The notes beneath the pieces were generated by a model. That model saw nothing but the letters and a program-made list of their open reading frames with translations, was not told the origin of the DNA and ran no database searches. This document shows, one piece after another, positions 1-14,028 of a stretch of 64,000 nucleotides of DNA. The stretch comes from Octopus sinensis (lineage: Eukaryota). Made by a program: the position numbers and the translations under genes. Every line of letters begins with the position of its first letter. The first letter of the stretch is position 1. Location: contig NC_042998.1 in assembly GCF_006345805.1 (NCBI RefSeq), positions 125,674,001 through 125,738,000 of the forward strand, given 5' to 3'.

Positions 1-1582
1 TTTTTTGCAGTAACTTATTAACTTCTATTTATCTCACTATAATAATGGCTTAATGTTTAGACCATGAAGGCAGTAAAATGTCAAATTACATTAGCAAAAA
101 TTATTTTATTTCCTCTGTTCAAACAGCTTCATATAATGTGGTGCTTATAATAACTTGACATACATCAGAGTTTAGAAATGTATAATACAGAATGTACAGT
201 AAAAATGTACGATAATGGCTAGTAAATATTGGTCAAAAAGTAGAATTAGATTCCAGCTGGGTTCAAATATACCACAAGAATCTAGTTTTCACATAGTTTC
301 TTTTTTCAACTGACTACTTTTACTCAAGTAGTTTGGTAATAATTTCCTTCATGAACCTACATTTCCTGACCAGCAAAACTGAGTGTCTAAATACTGGCAA
401 TGTCATTTAATGAATCCCATTAAATATAATCATGCTTAAAAGAAGTATATTTGATATATATTAATAGCACTGTCATCTCACCAAAGACAAGTTTTTAGAT
501 TAGCTTATGTCATATTCTTGGCAACAACCTAGTGATTCTCTCAAGATATTAGGTTTCCCATAGTTTAGAACCTAAAATTGAAAATAACAGGTTCAATTTA
601 TCCTGAACACACATGCATCTTCCAAGGCTTTCTAATAATGACCAATCTGTTTTTTAAAAATATTTTGACCACGACAATTTTGCCTTTTAAAAGCATTCCA
701 AAAGTGACTATTGCATTTTTTAAAAGCATTCCAGACATGACTATCTTTTCATTTTAAAAAAGCATTGACATGACACCCCCAAGTTCCAAACGTGACATAT
801 CATATGTTTCAAGCCAAAATCTCCCTTATCACAATTCATCTTTTTCTACTAATACACATTGCATAATGTAGTCCAGGGTACCCAGTTCGATGGAATGTCC
901 TCGAATTTTTTTTATTTATTTCCCAAACATTATACTCAGACTAGATACTTTCTTAAAGGCAAATTTGTAGGATGTGACACGAAGAAGACGAGTTAAAAAA
1001 CAAAAACAAAAGACAAATTCCAATTTTTTTTTACTTCGGACCCTAAACTATCCTTTACCTTTTAACTTGCAAAACAGATGAACGCTTTGCGATCGAAGTG
1101 TTAATAAGACCAGGAATCTTCATTTGAAAACTATTAATTAATCTAGATATCTCAATTACCGTATAAGTTTCTCAATTGGCACAAACACACACACAGTAAT
1201 GTTATTCCAACGAATCATCAGAAACAGTAGCTTTTACACGTAAGGGAGTGTTTATAAATCTAATGTAAGCAATGACAAGCAGCGAAATTATATACATACA
1301 TACGTGTGAGTATGTATATATACATATATCAAGTAAAAGAGAATGAGGGAGAGGAGTAATTAAAATAAGATAAAATGTGTGGGTAATTATTTACATATAT
1401 GTATGCTGACCATTACGGCTAATAGGTTCTTTTCGTTTATTTATTTATTTTGATCCAGACACAGAACAAGCAGGAGGTGACCAAAAACAAAAGTTTGTAA
1501 TTAAGATATGAGCAAGCACATCAAGAATGAGAGGGCTGTCGTCGGTAGCTGTGTAAGCAAACATGTATGAGTAATAATACAT

Positions 1583-1624
1583 GTGTGTGTGTGTGTGTGT
1601 ACACATACCCACACATACAGAGTA

Positions 1625-1660
<36 letters not shown>
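1583..1660. repeat. compound (GT)(CA)(GA) microsatellite
   Basis: Direct reading. One of dozens of SSRs; others at ~21845, 22130-22345, 22735, 28300, 37740, 41820, 43745, 46880, 47820, 49140-49260, 55290-55480, 56090. Confidence 0.95.
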
Positions 1661-1662
<2 letters not shown>

Positions 1663-4600
1663 GGGGGAGCAGCAGCACCAGAAAAGTGAAAAAATATCTA
1701 GAAGTGCTGGCTTAAAGAGTTCAACAAAAATAGTGGGCTACATTTACAACTCGAAAGGAAATGTCACAAAACACCACTTGACAGACGTTGGAAGGTGTCT
1801 TCGCAAAGTAAACAGACTTATTTAGAAGGGAAGAAGACCAACCAAGAATGAGTATATGCGTGTATGTATGTGATGGAGAAGAGGTCAGCAGTCGATAGAA
1901 CCAAGTTGATTGCACATGAATCTATTAAATACAATACTGACTTTCAGATCTACACGCCTTGGTTGTGTTGACAACTATATTTGAATAACTCAAAGTTGCT
2001 TTGATATTACAGAGAGATAGTTGTAACGAGAGAATGCCATTAAAAACAATGCCAATAAATATATACATCACACGCTCCCGCGTGCACACACACACATATA
2101 TTTATTTACACACACACAAATATACATACCCTTTCTACTACAGGCACATGGCCTGATATCAGTTACATAATGATGCATAATAATAGTGACCTCTGCTTTG
2201 GTACAGCAGTAAGTCTCCAGAAAAAACCGAGTGTGTGTGACCCTAGTTTTGTATACGTATATCGGCTACACATAATTAAGGTTGTTCGGCCTGCCATAAA
2301 TAGCAACCAAATATGCTCGAACCACACCTGATGTGTTGAAGGAAAGATACATTGTGTGATGTAACACTAGATACAGGATGTCAAGGCTGGAACGGTTTTT
2401 CATCATAGTCTGCTCCGTCGAACTGAACTGAGGCGAAACAGCAACAAAATAAATGTCAACTAAACTACTTCAAGCAACATCTCATTCTTAGTGAGCTCGG
2501 TTATTCATTTATAACTTCAAGTTCGATGCTTGTGGGAAGGGATGAGGGTGGGGGGTTCGGCCTCTACATAGAATCGATGTAAACACATACCAGTAATACA
2601 CTGATTTTCAGCCGATCGACTAATACACTCTATAGAAAAGAAAAAAGCAGAGGGTGTTAAGAAGGCAATGTCAACTAATTGAGGTTCTAATTCTGGTGGG
2701 AACAGATTAAATTCTATCACATTTCTAAATGCGATGAAACGTAGTTTCTGTGACTGTAAAATAGCAAATGAAAGAAAACTTTTGATTGCTAATTGTAGCC
2801 ATTTCGTTTCTTTTGCACCAGTAATACCACTGAGAAAGCATGAACGCCACACAATTTCATTTCTTCATTGTTTGTGGAAGATGGCTGTGATTTCCGAGTT
2901 AATTTTTCAGCAGACCGAATCAGTCGATCCTTTTTCAACTCCCAACCTTCGTTTATGTCGTTTGAGGCTCTTGAGAAAAGCAGAAGCATTGCTGCTCCCA
3001 TTTCCTCTATCCCTCCAAATCATGGGGGATTATACTTTTTATTTATTTGTTTATTATGATTACAGCACACGTGTCTTGTACTTCGTGTATGTACACGCAT
3101 GTTTAGTGCTTATGCATATATAGTATTTCAGGGGAAAGTCGGGGAGGGAGCAGTTAAAAAACCCTACATAGCAATTTCCATATACTTCCCCAACTCTAAG
3201 TTCGGAGGGCATTCTGGTGTGGTTTGCATGGAAAAGCGATACTAGTACCCCTTTCACTTTGTGTTTCTGTATTCTACTAATTTTGTAATTCATGCTTGTT
3301 TCGCTATTTCTTTTCATTCAAGTCATGAACGTCTCTCAATCTCATTTAACCTATCCATCTGAACTACAGCAAAATTTTTAAAATTCATTTCTATGTAAGA
3401 AACCATACTAAACATATTCATAAATCAACAACTTTCAAATTACCCGTTTGATTGAGGGGTCGAGTAAATAAGAGGTTGTGACGTTTATGCCTTAAGAGAA
3501 TTAACGACTCAATAACAGCTACGTTGTATATTGGGTGAATTGTATTTCTGTAACTCCTTAATCTTTTATACCGATTGAAGTCAACTTTGTATTGCATCGT
3601 TCCGGGACCGATAAAATAAAGTAGTAATCAATTATTAGGGTTGACCTAATCGACTGTTACTCTTCCTGCAAGAGTGTGGCCTTCACTTTACAATATCCTA
3701 TCGAGCTTGACAAAATAAGGACCAGCTAAGTACTGGAGTAGCCTTAATTGACAGTGCTCTATCCCACACTTTGTGTGGTCCTATACCGCAGTTAATGACA
3801 TTAACAATATTATGCATCGCATTACAAATAAAGTGTGATAAACAAAGTTTAATAATCATTCTGTTCGTCACACTATTTGTATTGAAGTTTTTCTGTATAG
3901 CAATGTTCTAATATTATTTCTGTTTTCATCCGAGAGGAAAGACTGACAAAAAAGGAAGTCTTGCCCTCACATTATTATATCTAAGAATATAAAGCCAGTT
4001 TTTGCGAGAGGAATAATTTGCTCTGGGATCGACACCAGTTTATTTATTTATTGCTATTCGTTTTAACGACAATAAAATCTGGCATTCTTTCGATATGGAT
4101 ATTTTATCTGTCATTCTTACATATCGAAAGAATGCCTAAAATCTCGTATTAGAAACACGAAAAGAAAATATTGCAGCTTCTAAAACATAAATAAGATTCC
4201 TCCCAGACAGACCTTAAAAAAATATTTGGCTGTAGGTCAGCTTTTATCGATAGACCTATAATCAAAAGTCATGTATTTTTCTTTTCTTTCCCCCTGAGAA
4301 CACGTTATCCAATGTCACTCTCTTTTTAAGACGGATGGTTATGATTTGAGAGAGATTAGTTTGTTACATCTAATAGGTCGAGGGTTCCCTCGTTGGCTGA
4401 GATATTAAGGGAATGGCTAAGATGTCATTGACGACGAAGATGATGATGTTAATGCTGGTAAATATATTAACTGACAACAAACTCTTAGTTGTTCCCATCT
4501 CAAGACGGATCTCTCTCTCCCCCCAACAGACTTGCGTCCCCATTTCGACGACAGTCTACGCACGCTTTAACTCGAAACAGTGTGCACATACACACACACA

Positions 4601-6308
4601 TACATACAGCGGAATTTCGATGTAAGCACACAACATAACCGGTTTTTCTGATAATTTCTTTGAATTTGTATGTTTTCGAACGATCATCGGCGAATATATA
4701 CAATGTATATTCTTGTTAATGTGAATATACAATGTATATTTACGTAAAAGTTACACTCCTTAAAGCCACACATACATACACACACACAGACATGCTTACG
4801 TATTTATGGGTATGTGCGTAAACTTTTGTATTTGTATGAATGTACAGATAAACTACGCGCGTATGCGTCTATAAGTATGACTGTGTGTGTGATTGAGTGT
4901 AAAGTTTCATTTAATAATAATGATTAAATTATTGTGTATAGTGCTCAGGTGTACTACAACTCATCAAAGGAGCACGCACAGTACATAAAATTATGTACAA
5001 AAGTCAGGAAAGTGAGATCTGTCAAATACAGGATATCAGTTGCCTAAACATTGTTCTAAACGAATGTCTGTCGGGCAAACTTTTTTTATGGATTAAAACT
5101 TTTGCAAAACTCAAAAATCTTATTCTGGGTGATGTAAACAGAGTGAGCAAAAAGAATGCAAGTGAAAATGCGAAGTAACTAATAGGAATGAAGGGAAAAA
5201 GACGAAGAGAGATGGACCAAGCATCCGTTACAATGGTGTATAAATAATTATTCATCATTACGGAGACAGTGCAAGTAAGGGATGTCATCAAAAAAGATAA
5301 CCTATTTTGATAGTCTCTACACTTTTACTAAAAAAAGCAAAACTGTTTTCATTTTGATTGACATCTAGTAAAAAAGTAATAGCTATCACTCATGCAGTTA
5401 AATCAAGCACCTACTCTCCTTTTATTGGCACTTACTGGTACTGAATATTTTTTTTTTTTTTTAATGAATATTGTATTCATACACGAAAAATGTCTTTTGT
5501 TACACTCGATCGCTTGCTGATAAGTACAAATTATTTGACATTGCAATTCAGATCATGTGGAAAATGAAGTGCATTAAATTAAAGCATTCAAACTTGTCTA
5601 TTTGTTTTATCTAGAAGTACATAGCAAAAACTGGGAGGGGTTATAAAAGCAGAACTTGCCACAACACGCAGTGACGTTACTTTAATTTCACTATGTTTTG
5701 ACAGCAAAAATATTCACTGACGATTAACTATCCATACTAGGGAAAGTGTTTCAAGGTTTTTCCAGTTAAGGGATGGGTGTTTCAACCAAGTTAAAAAAAA
5801 AATGATTCTTTTGAGCAGACAAGCACATTGCTACTATGTAGAAAAAAAGTTAATGTGTGAGGGTCAGATTTAAATGCGAAGATTTGAAAACAGTGTCATA
5901 CACATTCAATCGGATAAGGAATCTTAGTTAAAGTTTTTCATATTCCTGATTAATGACAATAAACTTTTAAAACTGTTTGTCACTCATGAGAAGTTACAGA
6001 GATACGCTTTTAGTTATTAAAACCATACTGACTGTTGCATAAACTATTTGTTCATTCAAGCGTGTTTATCAGTACGTTAAAACAATTTTTTAAGTTCCGT
6101 AGGTCAAATGCAAACTATATTAAACTATTTTATTTATCGACCCTCGAGAGGTCAAACGTAATTTCGACCCTGATGGAATTTGAACTCCGACTGAAAAGTT
6201 TTTGATGTTTTTTGTATGTTTACGATGAATGTGCTGGAAAACTACACGAGTACTTGCATATCTATGCAAGTATGTATGTATGTATGTATATATATATTAT
6301 ACACTTAC

Positions 6309-6356
6309 CGACTCCATATCTTTCGTTGGTATTTGTAGCAGTCCACTTCGCCATGA
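6309..6356 (-). CDS. candidate exon 2 (48 nt) of an unidentified minus-strand gene
   Basis: T-rich intron end ...attatcAG|TC ATG GCG AAG TGG ACT GCT ACA AAT ACC AAC GAA AGA TAT GGA GTC G|GTAAGT. Gives (I)MAKWTATNTNERYGV, in frame with the phase-1 exon at 6541-6589. Protein not recognised. Confidence 0.5.
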
Positions 6357-6540
6357 CTGATAATTATACACTTTCAAACACAAGCAAAAATAGTAAATAA
6401 AAATGAATTTCCGTTTTTTTTTTTCTTTTTGGTTCCAAACAATTAAAACAACAACGGTAATAGAGGTAATGCATGGGAAAGACAACCGGTCATCGGTTGA
6501 CAGTAATTAGTGTTGTTGTTATTATTACTATAAAACTTAC

Positions 6541-6589
6541 TACTGCTGCTGGTGCGACAGTTGCGACACTGCGCCCAAAACAGCGCCAT
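6541..6589 (-). CDS. candidate exon 1 of an unidentified minus-strand gene
   Basis: aagATGGCG start gives MALFWAQCRNCRTSSS plus 1 nt, followed by GTAAGT (6540-6535). Could instead be a 5'-UTR exon. Confidence 0.4.
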
Positions 6590-6770
6590 CTTGATTCTGG
6601 TTATCACGTGACCTGACTTCAGGACCGAATGGAAGTGGGGGAGGAGGGCAATTGACGGGTAGAGTATCTACGACCACTACCAGCACAACTCCAACCAGTA
6701 TTGTTCTGACGTCACTTCCGCCAAAGCAAGCACATTGTTACACGAGGAGGGATGTTACCACGACAACCAG
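6580..6770. promoter_or_regulatory. CpG-rich candidate bidirectional promoter
   Basis: Local CpG enrichment. CAAGATGGCG (YY1-type) on the minus strand at 6584-6593, TCACGTGAC E-box at 6604-6612, TGACGTCACTTCCGC (CRE overlapping ETS) at 6707-6721, GTTACCACGACAAC (RFX X-box-like) at 6754-6767. Confidence 0.7.
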
Positions 6771-7436
6771 TGTAAATAAAAGCATCATAGTAACGACTTT
6801 TGTGTGTTTTGTTTAGAACTCGTCAAATACTTAATTTTAAGGTATCACATTGATAGCAATATACATTTTATCGACACTTATTCTTTTATTTCTTTCAGTT
6901 TCAATAGACTTTGACGCAAACAAAACGTATTTGAGTGATTCACAACTTAGTTATACATTGATACGTATTATAATCTGCTACTCCACGTTTAACTATTTAA
7001 ATGAATTCTCCCTTTTTTTACTGTGAAATTAGTTACTAAAATAACTACGAACAAAAACAAATAGAAAAATCTTCGTAATTAATATTGATGTTTTTATATT
7101 CATAACAGACTGGAGTTGCCTTTTGCTTCCCTTCAATGCATGGTGAATAAAAGTTAACTCGGTCGACTTTATCTTGATTCTTCAAACATTTTTTAAAGAA
7201 TCTAAGGACGAAATCGGTAATATTATCAGTTTAGAACGTCTGATATTTTGTCTTTATCCCATTTATATCATTAGTTTAAATCCCAGTGTGGAATTGACTG
7301 TCTTTTATCACACCGGTAATATACTAGGGCCCATATATTCAACAATACTTCTCCACCACAAGCATCTTTGAGTCTAAGAAAAACAAAATTCAATAATTTT
7401 ATCAAAATATTTTTTGCTACTTCAAGAAAGGTGAGT
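6770..7436 (+). other. candidate non-coding 5' exon(s) of the plus-strand transcript (possibly CFAP206)
   Basis: Donor-like AAG|GTATCA at 6841/6842, pyrimidine-rich acceptor ttcttttatttctttcAG ending at 6898, strong donor AAG|GTGAGT at 7430/7431. No coding match. The link to CFAP206 is inference. Confidence 0.3.
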
Positions 7437-8897
7437 GCACATTTTTTAGTACATTTTCTTTCCAAACATGTCTATATATGAGAATCGGAGCTATCTCAGC
7501 AATATAGTAGACTCGTCGAACATTTAATTTAAACAGGTACTATTGTGAGCCATTATCTTTACCACTTTGAAATGAAATATTCGTATCTGGAAAGAAAAGA
7601 AAATGACACCACCAATAACAACAAAAGACTGAGAAACCACTTTAGTATATTCTACCCGCCAATAATTCATGTGTCCAGGTTAATGGCAGGATTTGAGTTC
7701 ATCTTTACAAGCTAAGGAAACACTAGCCAATTAATTACACAGTGCAATTATACAATAATTCTTATAACTTCTTCCAATGCTTATCTACCTGTTGATGAAC
7801 TATTGTCATTTATATACTCCACAAGTACAGTGAAGACTATGCTTTGCTGATGGGGTCAGAATAAAACCGAAACAATAGCTTCCTGTACTTTTCAAAAAAT
7901 GGGGGTAATGATATTACTCACTGCCTTGTATAATTTTTTTCCTTCTCATACAATTATTTCTAGTTAACTTCCTAATGAATATATCCTGCATTATGTATAT
8001 TAATATTAACTTAATTAGAACATTGACACATAAGTGCATTTTCTTAGCATTATACCACAACACAGATAGCAAGGTACAAACCACATAGTTTTTGATTGGT
8101 AAGCAGTTATCCTGTTCACTTCATCAACAACTTCTGTGTGATTACTTCGATATATCATTTGTTAAGGTTCAAAATCATCATTACTGTAATGCACTGTTTT
8201 TATTTGAGTCTCATATCTGTTTATTATCATCATCATCATTTAATACCCATTTTCCACACTAGCATGGCTTGACAGGAATTGGTATGGTCAGAAGCCACAC
8301 CGGGTTCCATAGTACATTTTGGCTTGGTTTCTACAGCTAGATACCCTTCCTAAAGCCATCCACTCCACAAAGTGTACTAGGTGTTTTTTATGTGACTCCA
8401 TCACCAGTACTTTTTAAATGGTACCAGCACCTACATCAATGCTTTTTATGTGGCACCTCTGTTTTTGGATCTCAAATTAATAACTATTTTTGTTATTTAA
8501 ATGGTTTTGAATATCTTAAATGTAAGATCTTCATTGGATCTATGTTCTCTCTTATATTCATCTTGTTCCTTCAGAGTTGTTCACTCTAATACTCTTTCAC
8601 TAACTTCCGCTTATCTCCTTCAACCATGTATCTGTGTGCGTGTGTGGAGGTGCATGGTTAGTGTTTGGGGTGTTAAATTTGTGATCGTAAGACTGTGGTT
8701 TTGATTCCTGAACTGGGTGATGCATTGAGTTCTTGAGCAAAACACCTTATTTTATGTTGTTCCAGTCCATTCAGTTGGCAAAAATGAGTAGTCCTGCAAT
8801 GGACTGGCAGCTTGTCCAAGGAGCAATGTATGTACCACGGAAACCAGGAAACTGATCTTATGAGTTTATATGATTCTTTTTTTTTTTATATATATTA

Positions 8898-9313
8898 GGC
8901 ATAGGAGTGGCTTTGTGGTAAGTAGCTTGCTTACGAACCACATGGTTCCGGGTTCAGTCCCACTATGTGGCACCTTGGGCAAGTGTCTTCTACTATAACC
9001 TCGGGCTAACCAAAGCCTTGTGAGTGGATTTTGTTGACGGAAACTGAAAGAAGCCCGTCGTATATATGTATGTATATATATATATATGTGTGTGTGTATA
9101 TGTAAGTGTTTGTGTGTCTGTGTTTGTCACCCCAACATCGCTTGACAACTGATGCTGGTGTGTTTACGTCCCCGTAACTTAGCAGTTCAGCAAAAGAGAC
9201 CGATAGAATAAGTACTAAGGTTACAAAGAATAAGTCCTGGGGTCGATTTGCTTGACTAAAAAAGGTGGTGCTCCAGCATGGCCACAGTCAAATGACTGAA
9301 ACAAGTAAAAGAG
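8898..9313 (+). mobile_element. tRNA-derived SINE, family 1
   Basis: Head ggcataggagtggctttgtggtaag...ggttcagtcc with A/B-box-like motifs, central ccttgggcaagtgtcttctactat block, TA/TG spacer, tail ending gactgaaacaagtaaaagag. Same family at 12802, 20357, 43900(-), 55470(-). Confidence 0.85.
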
Positions 9314-12189
9314 TATATAATATGTGAAACTCTAAAAGTTTCCAATAACATTTAGTTGATTTGGTTGAGTAGCAATTAATTCTTAATTCATAGAAGTAAG
9401 CAAGATAGTGCCTGTAATCTTTTAAGAAATTTTAGGTTGGAGAATGGAGAACAATGAGTTAGAGTGGCAGCAAATAAGTGTCATGGAAACAATCAGTTTG
9501 ATGTTAACCATCTTTATCATCCTTGTATTTATAAAGAAGAATTACAATGGAATAGATCTATAAAGGAAAGCCTTTCTTTGCAGCAAAACAGAAATTTGTT
9601 CCCCACATTTCAGGACCACAAAAAACTTAAAACCCCAGAAACTACAAAATTTTACTACAAAATTCAAGTGAAACCCACTTAGGAATACTAGTTACATATC
9701 TTAAATGGTGCTACCACTGCATATACAAACATCCTAGGCCACATTCTCAAACAGCCACCCAAATGATTGACATGAAGTTACTCACCAATACACTAATTTC
9801 TATCGCACAGATGTGCTGACTTGTCTTTTTGCTTTCCTAATGCTACTACAATGGTGTCTCCTCCTCAGAGTTAGCTGATCTCAAGCCACCTCTACTCAAA
9901 CACTCCCAACTCATTCATCTCTCTTCTTGCTACTCATATTGTGTCCACCTGCTACAGTCCTTGCACTAACAACTACACTCAGTCTTTCCTCTGAAGTGGG
10001 ACAGTTATCTGGAATTCCCTCCTTGTCTGCAGCTATTGACTTGAAGCTGTTTCAAAGAGGCATTGATTGCACCATCTATGTTTGTCTAAGAAGACTTATG
10101 ACAGCCATAACATAAATCCTTTCTCCGGATGAAAATAATGAATTTTTAAAAAATTGTTTCAAGTGTGTGTTAACAGAAGAGGCGCAAGAAGGAATCATAA
10201 CTCCTAAGCCCTTCTTTGTGTTAAAATACTTATTCCAAAGTGAAATGCACCTCAATATTATTAGCAAGTAAGCAGAGAGACCTTAAAATTGTAAAAATAC
10301 ATTAATGGCATGCAGTGTTCAGCTTAGAGCTTATGCAAGAAAGAACAGCTGTTTGGATTGATGACAGCTAAGTATGACAATGTTGCATAGAAGAAAGAAA
10401 ATCAACACTAAAATATAAATATAAAATTAAGGCCACCTCAACACTGATGGAAGAGAGAAAATAGATTATTCTCAATATTTTAGCTTTAATGATACCACAT
10501 ATGCAAATATTAAAAGAGAATTTTTTTTTTTTCTATGCTTTTGTCATACTACAATGGTTCATTACCCTAATTACAGCTCATCAAATAAACTTAAGTAAAC
10601 ACCAAGTGAAATCCCAAAATAAACTGCAGAATCATACTTTAAAATGTTCTCCTTTAAATTATAATCAACTTCATGATAACAATGTGTTATAGCACCTTGG
10701 GCATAAGGCATTATTTTGTATGCTTCATTCCACCTACCGCACTAAAAATAGCAATACTATCACATCAGCTCCATAGTTTAGTGGGTTAGTAATAGAAAGA
10801 ACATACAACTTTGTAAATAATTACTTGAACATCATCATCATCAAAATCATTGTCATCGTCATCATTATTGTTAAAAAATTCCATTTTCCATGCTTGCATA
10901 GTCCAGATGGATTTTGTTAAGGCTGCCACCAACCGTCACCTGTCTCCAAACATAATATTTCCCTAAAGCTCAGCATGTTGGACAAAATGCTCAATGGCAT
11001 TTTGTCTGTCTTTACATTCTGGGTTCAAATGCTGCCAGAGTCGACTTTGCCTTTCATTGTCTTGGGGTTAATAAAATAAGTATCAGTTGAGTACTAAAGT
11101 CATTTTATTCAACTTAACCCTCTCCCGAAATTGCTGGCCTTCAATATTTCGCTAAAACCAGACTTATTTTCATGAAAGATTGGAAATGAAAAGAACCTTC
11201 TATGATGGTGACATTTATTACAACTATCGTGTGATATCAAGACAAGGAAACACAGGCACAACACGACCAGCTTCTTTCAGTTTCCTTCTTTGAACACTAC
11301 TCACAAAGCTATTGTAGAAAATACTTGCCCAAGGTGCCAAGCAATGAAACCATATGGTTGGGAAGTGATCTTATTAACCACACAACCATGTCTGCACCTG
11401 GTATCTGTCTGTCTGTCTATCTATCTATTTATCTATCTATCCATCTATCTGACTCTCTCCCTGTATATTTATCTTTCTGTGTGCCTGCCTCTCTGTCCAT
11501 CCATCCATCTATCTACATTTCAGGAAAATTATTCATCTCTTTGATAGTCAAAGGATTGCATGTAGTAAGAAACTCTAACCATTGCTGAAGTGAATCATCA
11601 ACTTTAAATGAATAAATAAACCCAACTATACATTGGCTATATTTTCTCCCATTTATATGTCCAAACATGACGATGATGCCCTTTCTAACACCAACCTTGT
11701 TACAGAGTGTACTGGGTGCTTTTACTTTTTCTTTTCTGGCACCAGCACTAGCAAGGTTACCAACTTCTCTCAGGACAAGACAACTCTCACCTGAGTGAGG
11801 CACACTACTAAAGGAGGTAAAATTATGATATCTGGACAGAACTGGTATCATGAAGAGGGGATAATGTTTTTTTCCACCTGGAAAGAGAGAGAGAGAGATA
11901 AGGTGAGGATGTACCACAGGATACAAGGTGAATATGAGAGAAAATAGGAATAGAACAGAAAGAGTGAATGGGCATTTAAGTTTGAGAGAGTGTGAAAAGA
12001 GTGTGACAGATGATTAGATATGGGGATTGAAATGGAGACAGTGAGTGTTAGTTTGGTTGGAATGGGGTGAGTGAAGGAAATAAGAATGAGGAAGAGGTGA
12101 TAGGGATACAATGTGTAGTGTAAGGGAACACCTGAATGAGTATTTCTGTGGTGAGAAGATTGGTGGAGGAATGAGTCTTAGAACAAATA

Positions 12190-12750
12190 TCATCATCACC
12201 ATCATCATCATTTAATGTTTGTTTCCATGCTGGTGTGGGTTGGACGGTTTGACTGAGAACTGATGAACTGGAGACCTGCACCAGGTTCCAATCTGATTTG
12301 GCATGGTTTCTATGGCTGGATGCCCTTTTTAATGCCAACCACTCCAAAAGTCTAGTGGGGACATTTTATGTGCCACCAGCATGGGTGCCAGTTATGCGAC
12401 ACCAGCATCAGCCATGACTACAATCTCACTTGGCTTGACAGGTCTTCTCATGCACAATATATCGCCAAAGGTCTCAGTCACCTGTCACTGCCTCTGTGGA
12501 GCTCAATGCTCGAACAGTGCTTCTTACATGCTACCAGCATGGTTGCCAGTCACACAGCTCTGGCATCAGCTATGACTACAATTTCACTTGGCTTGACAAG
12601 TCTTCTCAAGCACAGGATATCATCCAACATTCAAAGGATGATTGCTATGTACCAATTAAGCAATACTAGCATTGACCATGACTACAATCTCACTTGGCTT
12701 GACAGGTCTTCTCAAGCATGGCATATCCCCAAAGGTCTTGGTCAAATTAA
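12190..12750 (-). mobile_element. RTE-LINE 3' end with triplicated terminal module
   Basis: (CAT)n tail at ~12190-12210 and the typical 3'-UTR gtttctatggctggatgcc. The segment gactacaat(c/t)tcacttggcttgacag is present three times. Confidence 0.7.
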
Positions 12751-12801
12751 TGAATCTTTTGAATATGTATTGTATATATCAATGAAAAATTTGTATACAC
12801 A

Positions 12802-13170
12802 GACACAGGTGTGACTGTGTGGTAAGAAGCTTGCTTCCCAGCCACATAGTTCTGGGTTCAGTCCCACTGCATGGCACCTTGGGCAAGTGTCTCCTACTAT
12901 AGCCTCAGGCTGACCAAAGCCTTGTGAGCGGATTTGGTAGATGGAAACTGAAAGAAGCTTGTCATATATGAATGTGTGTTTGTACCCCAACACCATTTTG
13001 ACAGCCAGTATTGGTGTGTTTACATACCCGTAACTTAGCAGTTCAACAAAAGTGATTGACTGAAAAAGGACCAGGCTTTAAAAAAATACGTACTGGGATT
13101 GATTCATTCAACTAAAATTTCAAAGTGGTGCTCCAGCATGGCCACACTCTAATGACTGAAACAAGTAAAA
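12802..13170 (+). mobile_element. SINE family 1 copy
   Basis: Same head, central block and tail as 8898-9313. Confidence 0.8.
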
Positions 13171-13990
13171 GATACAAGGTAAAAGAGTATCACACATCAT
13201 TCAGGAATAAAGCATGATCTTAAAACTATAACTTGGTGCCATTCCTCCTGACTTTGTTTTCTCATAACTTGATTAATAACACAGAGCTCGGTTTACTATC
13301 TGCTACCAATTTTATTTCCTACTATGTTCAAAAGTATAGACTGAAATTATGTTGTTGCTGTAAAACAATTTTTTTTTTCTAAAATAAAAGCATCTCATTC
13401 ATGTTAGCATAAGATTGTTGATTGGAAACATTGTAAAATATTATTATCTTATTCATTATCATTGTCATCATCATGGTGATTCTAATGAGGATATGATCTG
13501 ATTACTGTGGTAATTATAGCCTTTAACATAATCTTGATGATAGTGAGCATCAGAGATATCATCATCATCTGCACCACCATCATCACCACTACCACTACCA
13601 TCAGCATCATTGTCTCATAATTATTATTTTAATTTTTTCCCCAGCTATTGAATAGGTTTGGAATATCTTCCATTAGTTGTTACTACATTACTTTCATTTA
13701 CTGATTTCTATACTTTAATAACATTTTGTTTACCAAATCATATGGCAGTCTCTCCTTCAGCAGGGTAATATTTGTCATTTTGATTCAATATTTTATTATA
13801 ACAATATCAAACGAATACCACATCCTCATCAACATCATCATTGTTATCACCGTTATTATTATATAAGATGACAGTTTCAAGAGAGAGGAAAAGGTGAGTT
13901 TTGATGAAATGCAAACAATTCCCGACAAATTTTTATTGAACTTATCTAACACTCTCCACCCACACAATTATATAGTGATATGTATGTATT

Positions 13991-14028
<38 letters not shown>

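Noticed and set aside
480-600. Strong minus-strand acceptor (ttttcaattttAG near 581) as exon 3 of the minus gene
   Set aside because: The required phase-1 frame hits TAA after six codons and there is no supporting homology.
2517-3317. Overlapping 63-129-aa ORFs on both strands
   Set aside because: No domain motifs or splice-supported structure; consistent with chance ORFs.
5290-5364. Minus-strand acceptor near 5365 as exon 3
   Set aside because: The frame is open for only ~25 codons, the donor is weak and no protein is recognisable.
10116-10272. Open frame ending at a CAA|GTAAG donor-like site
   Set aside because: No usable acceptor before the upstream stop and no recognisable protein.
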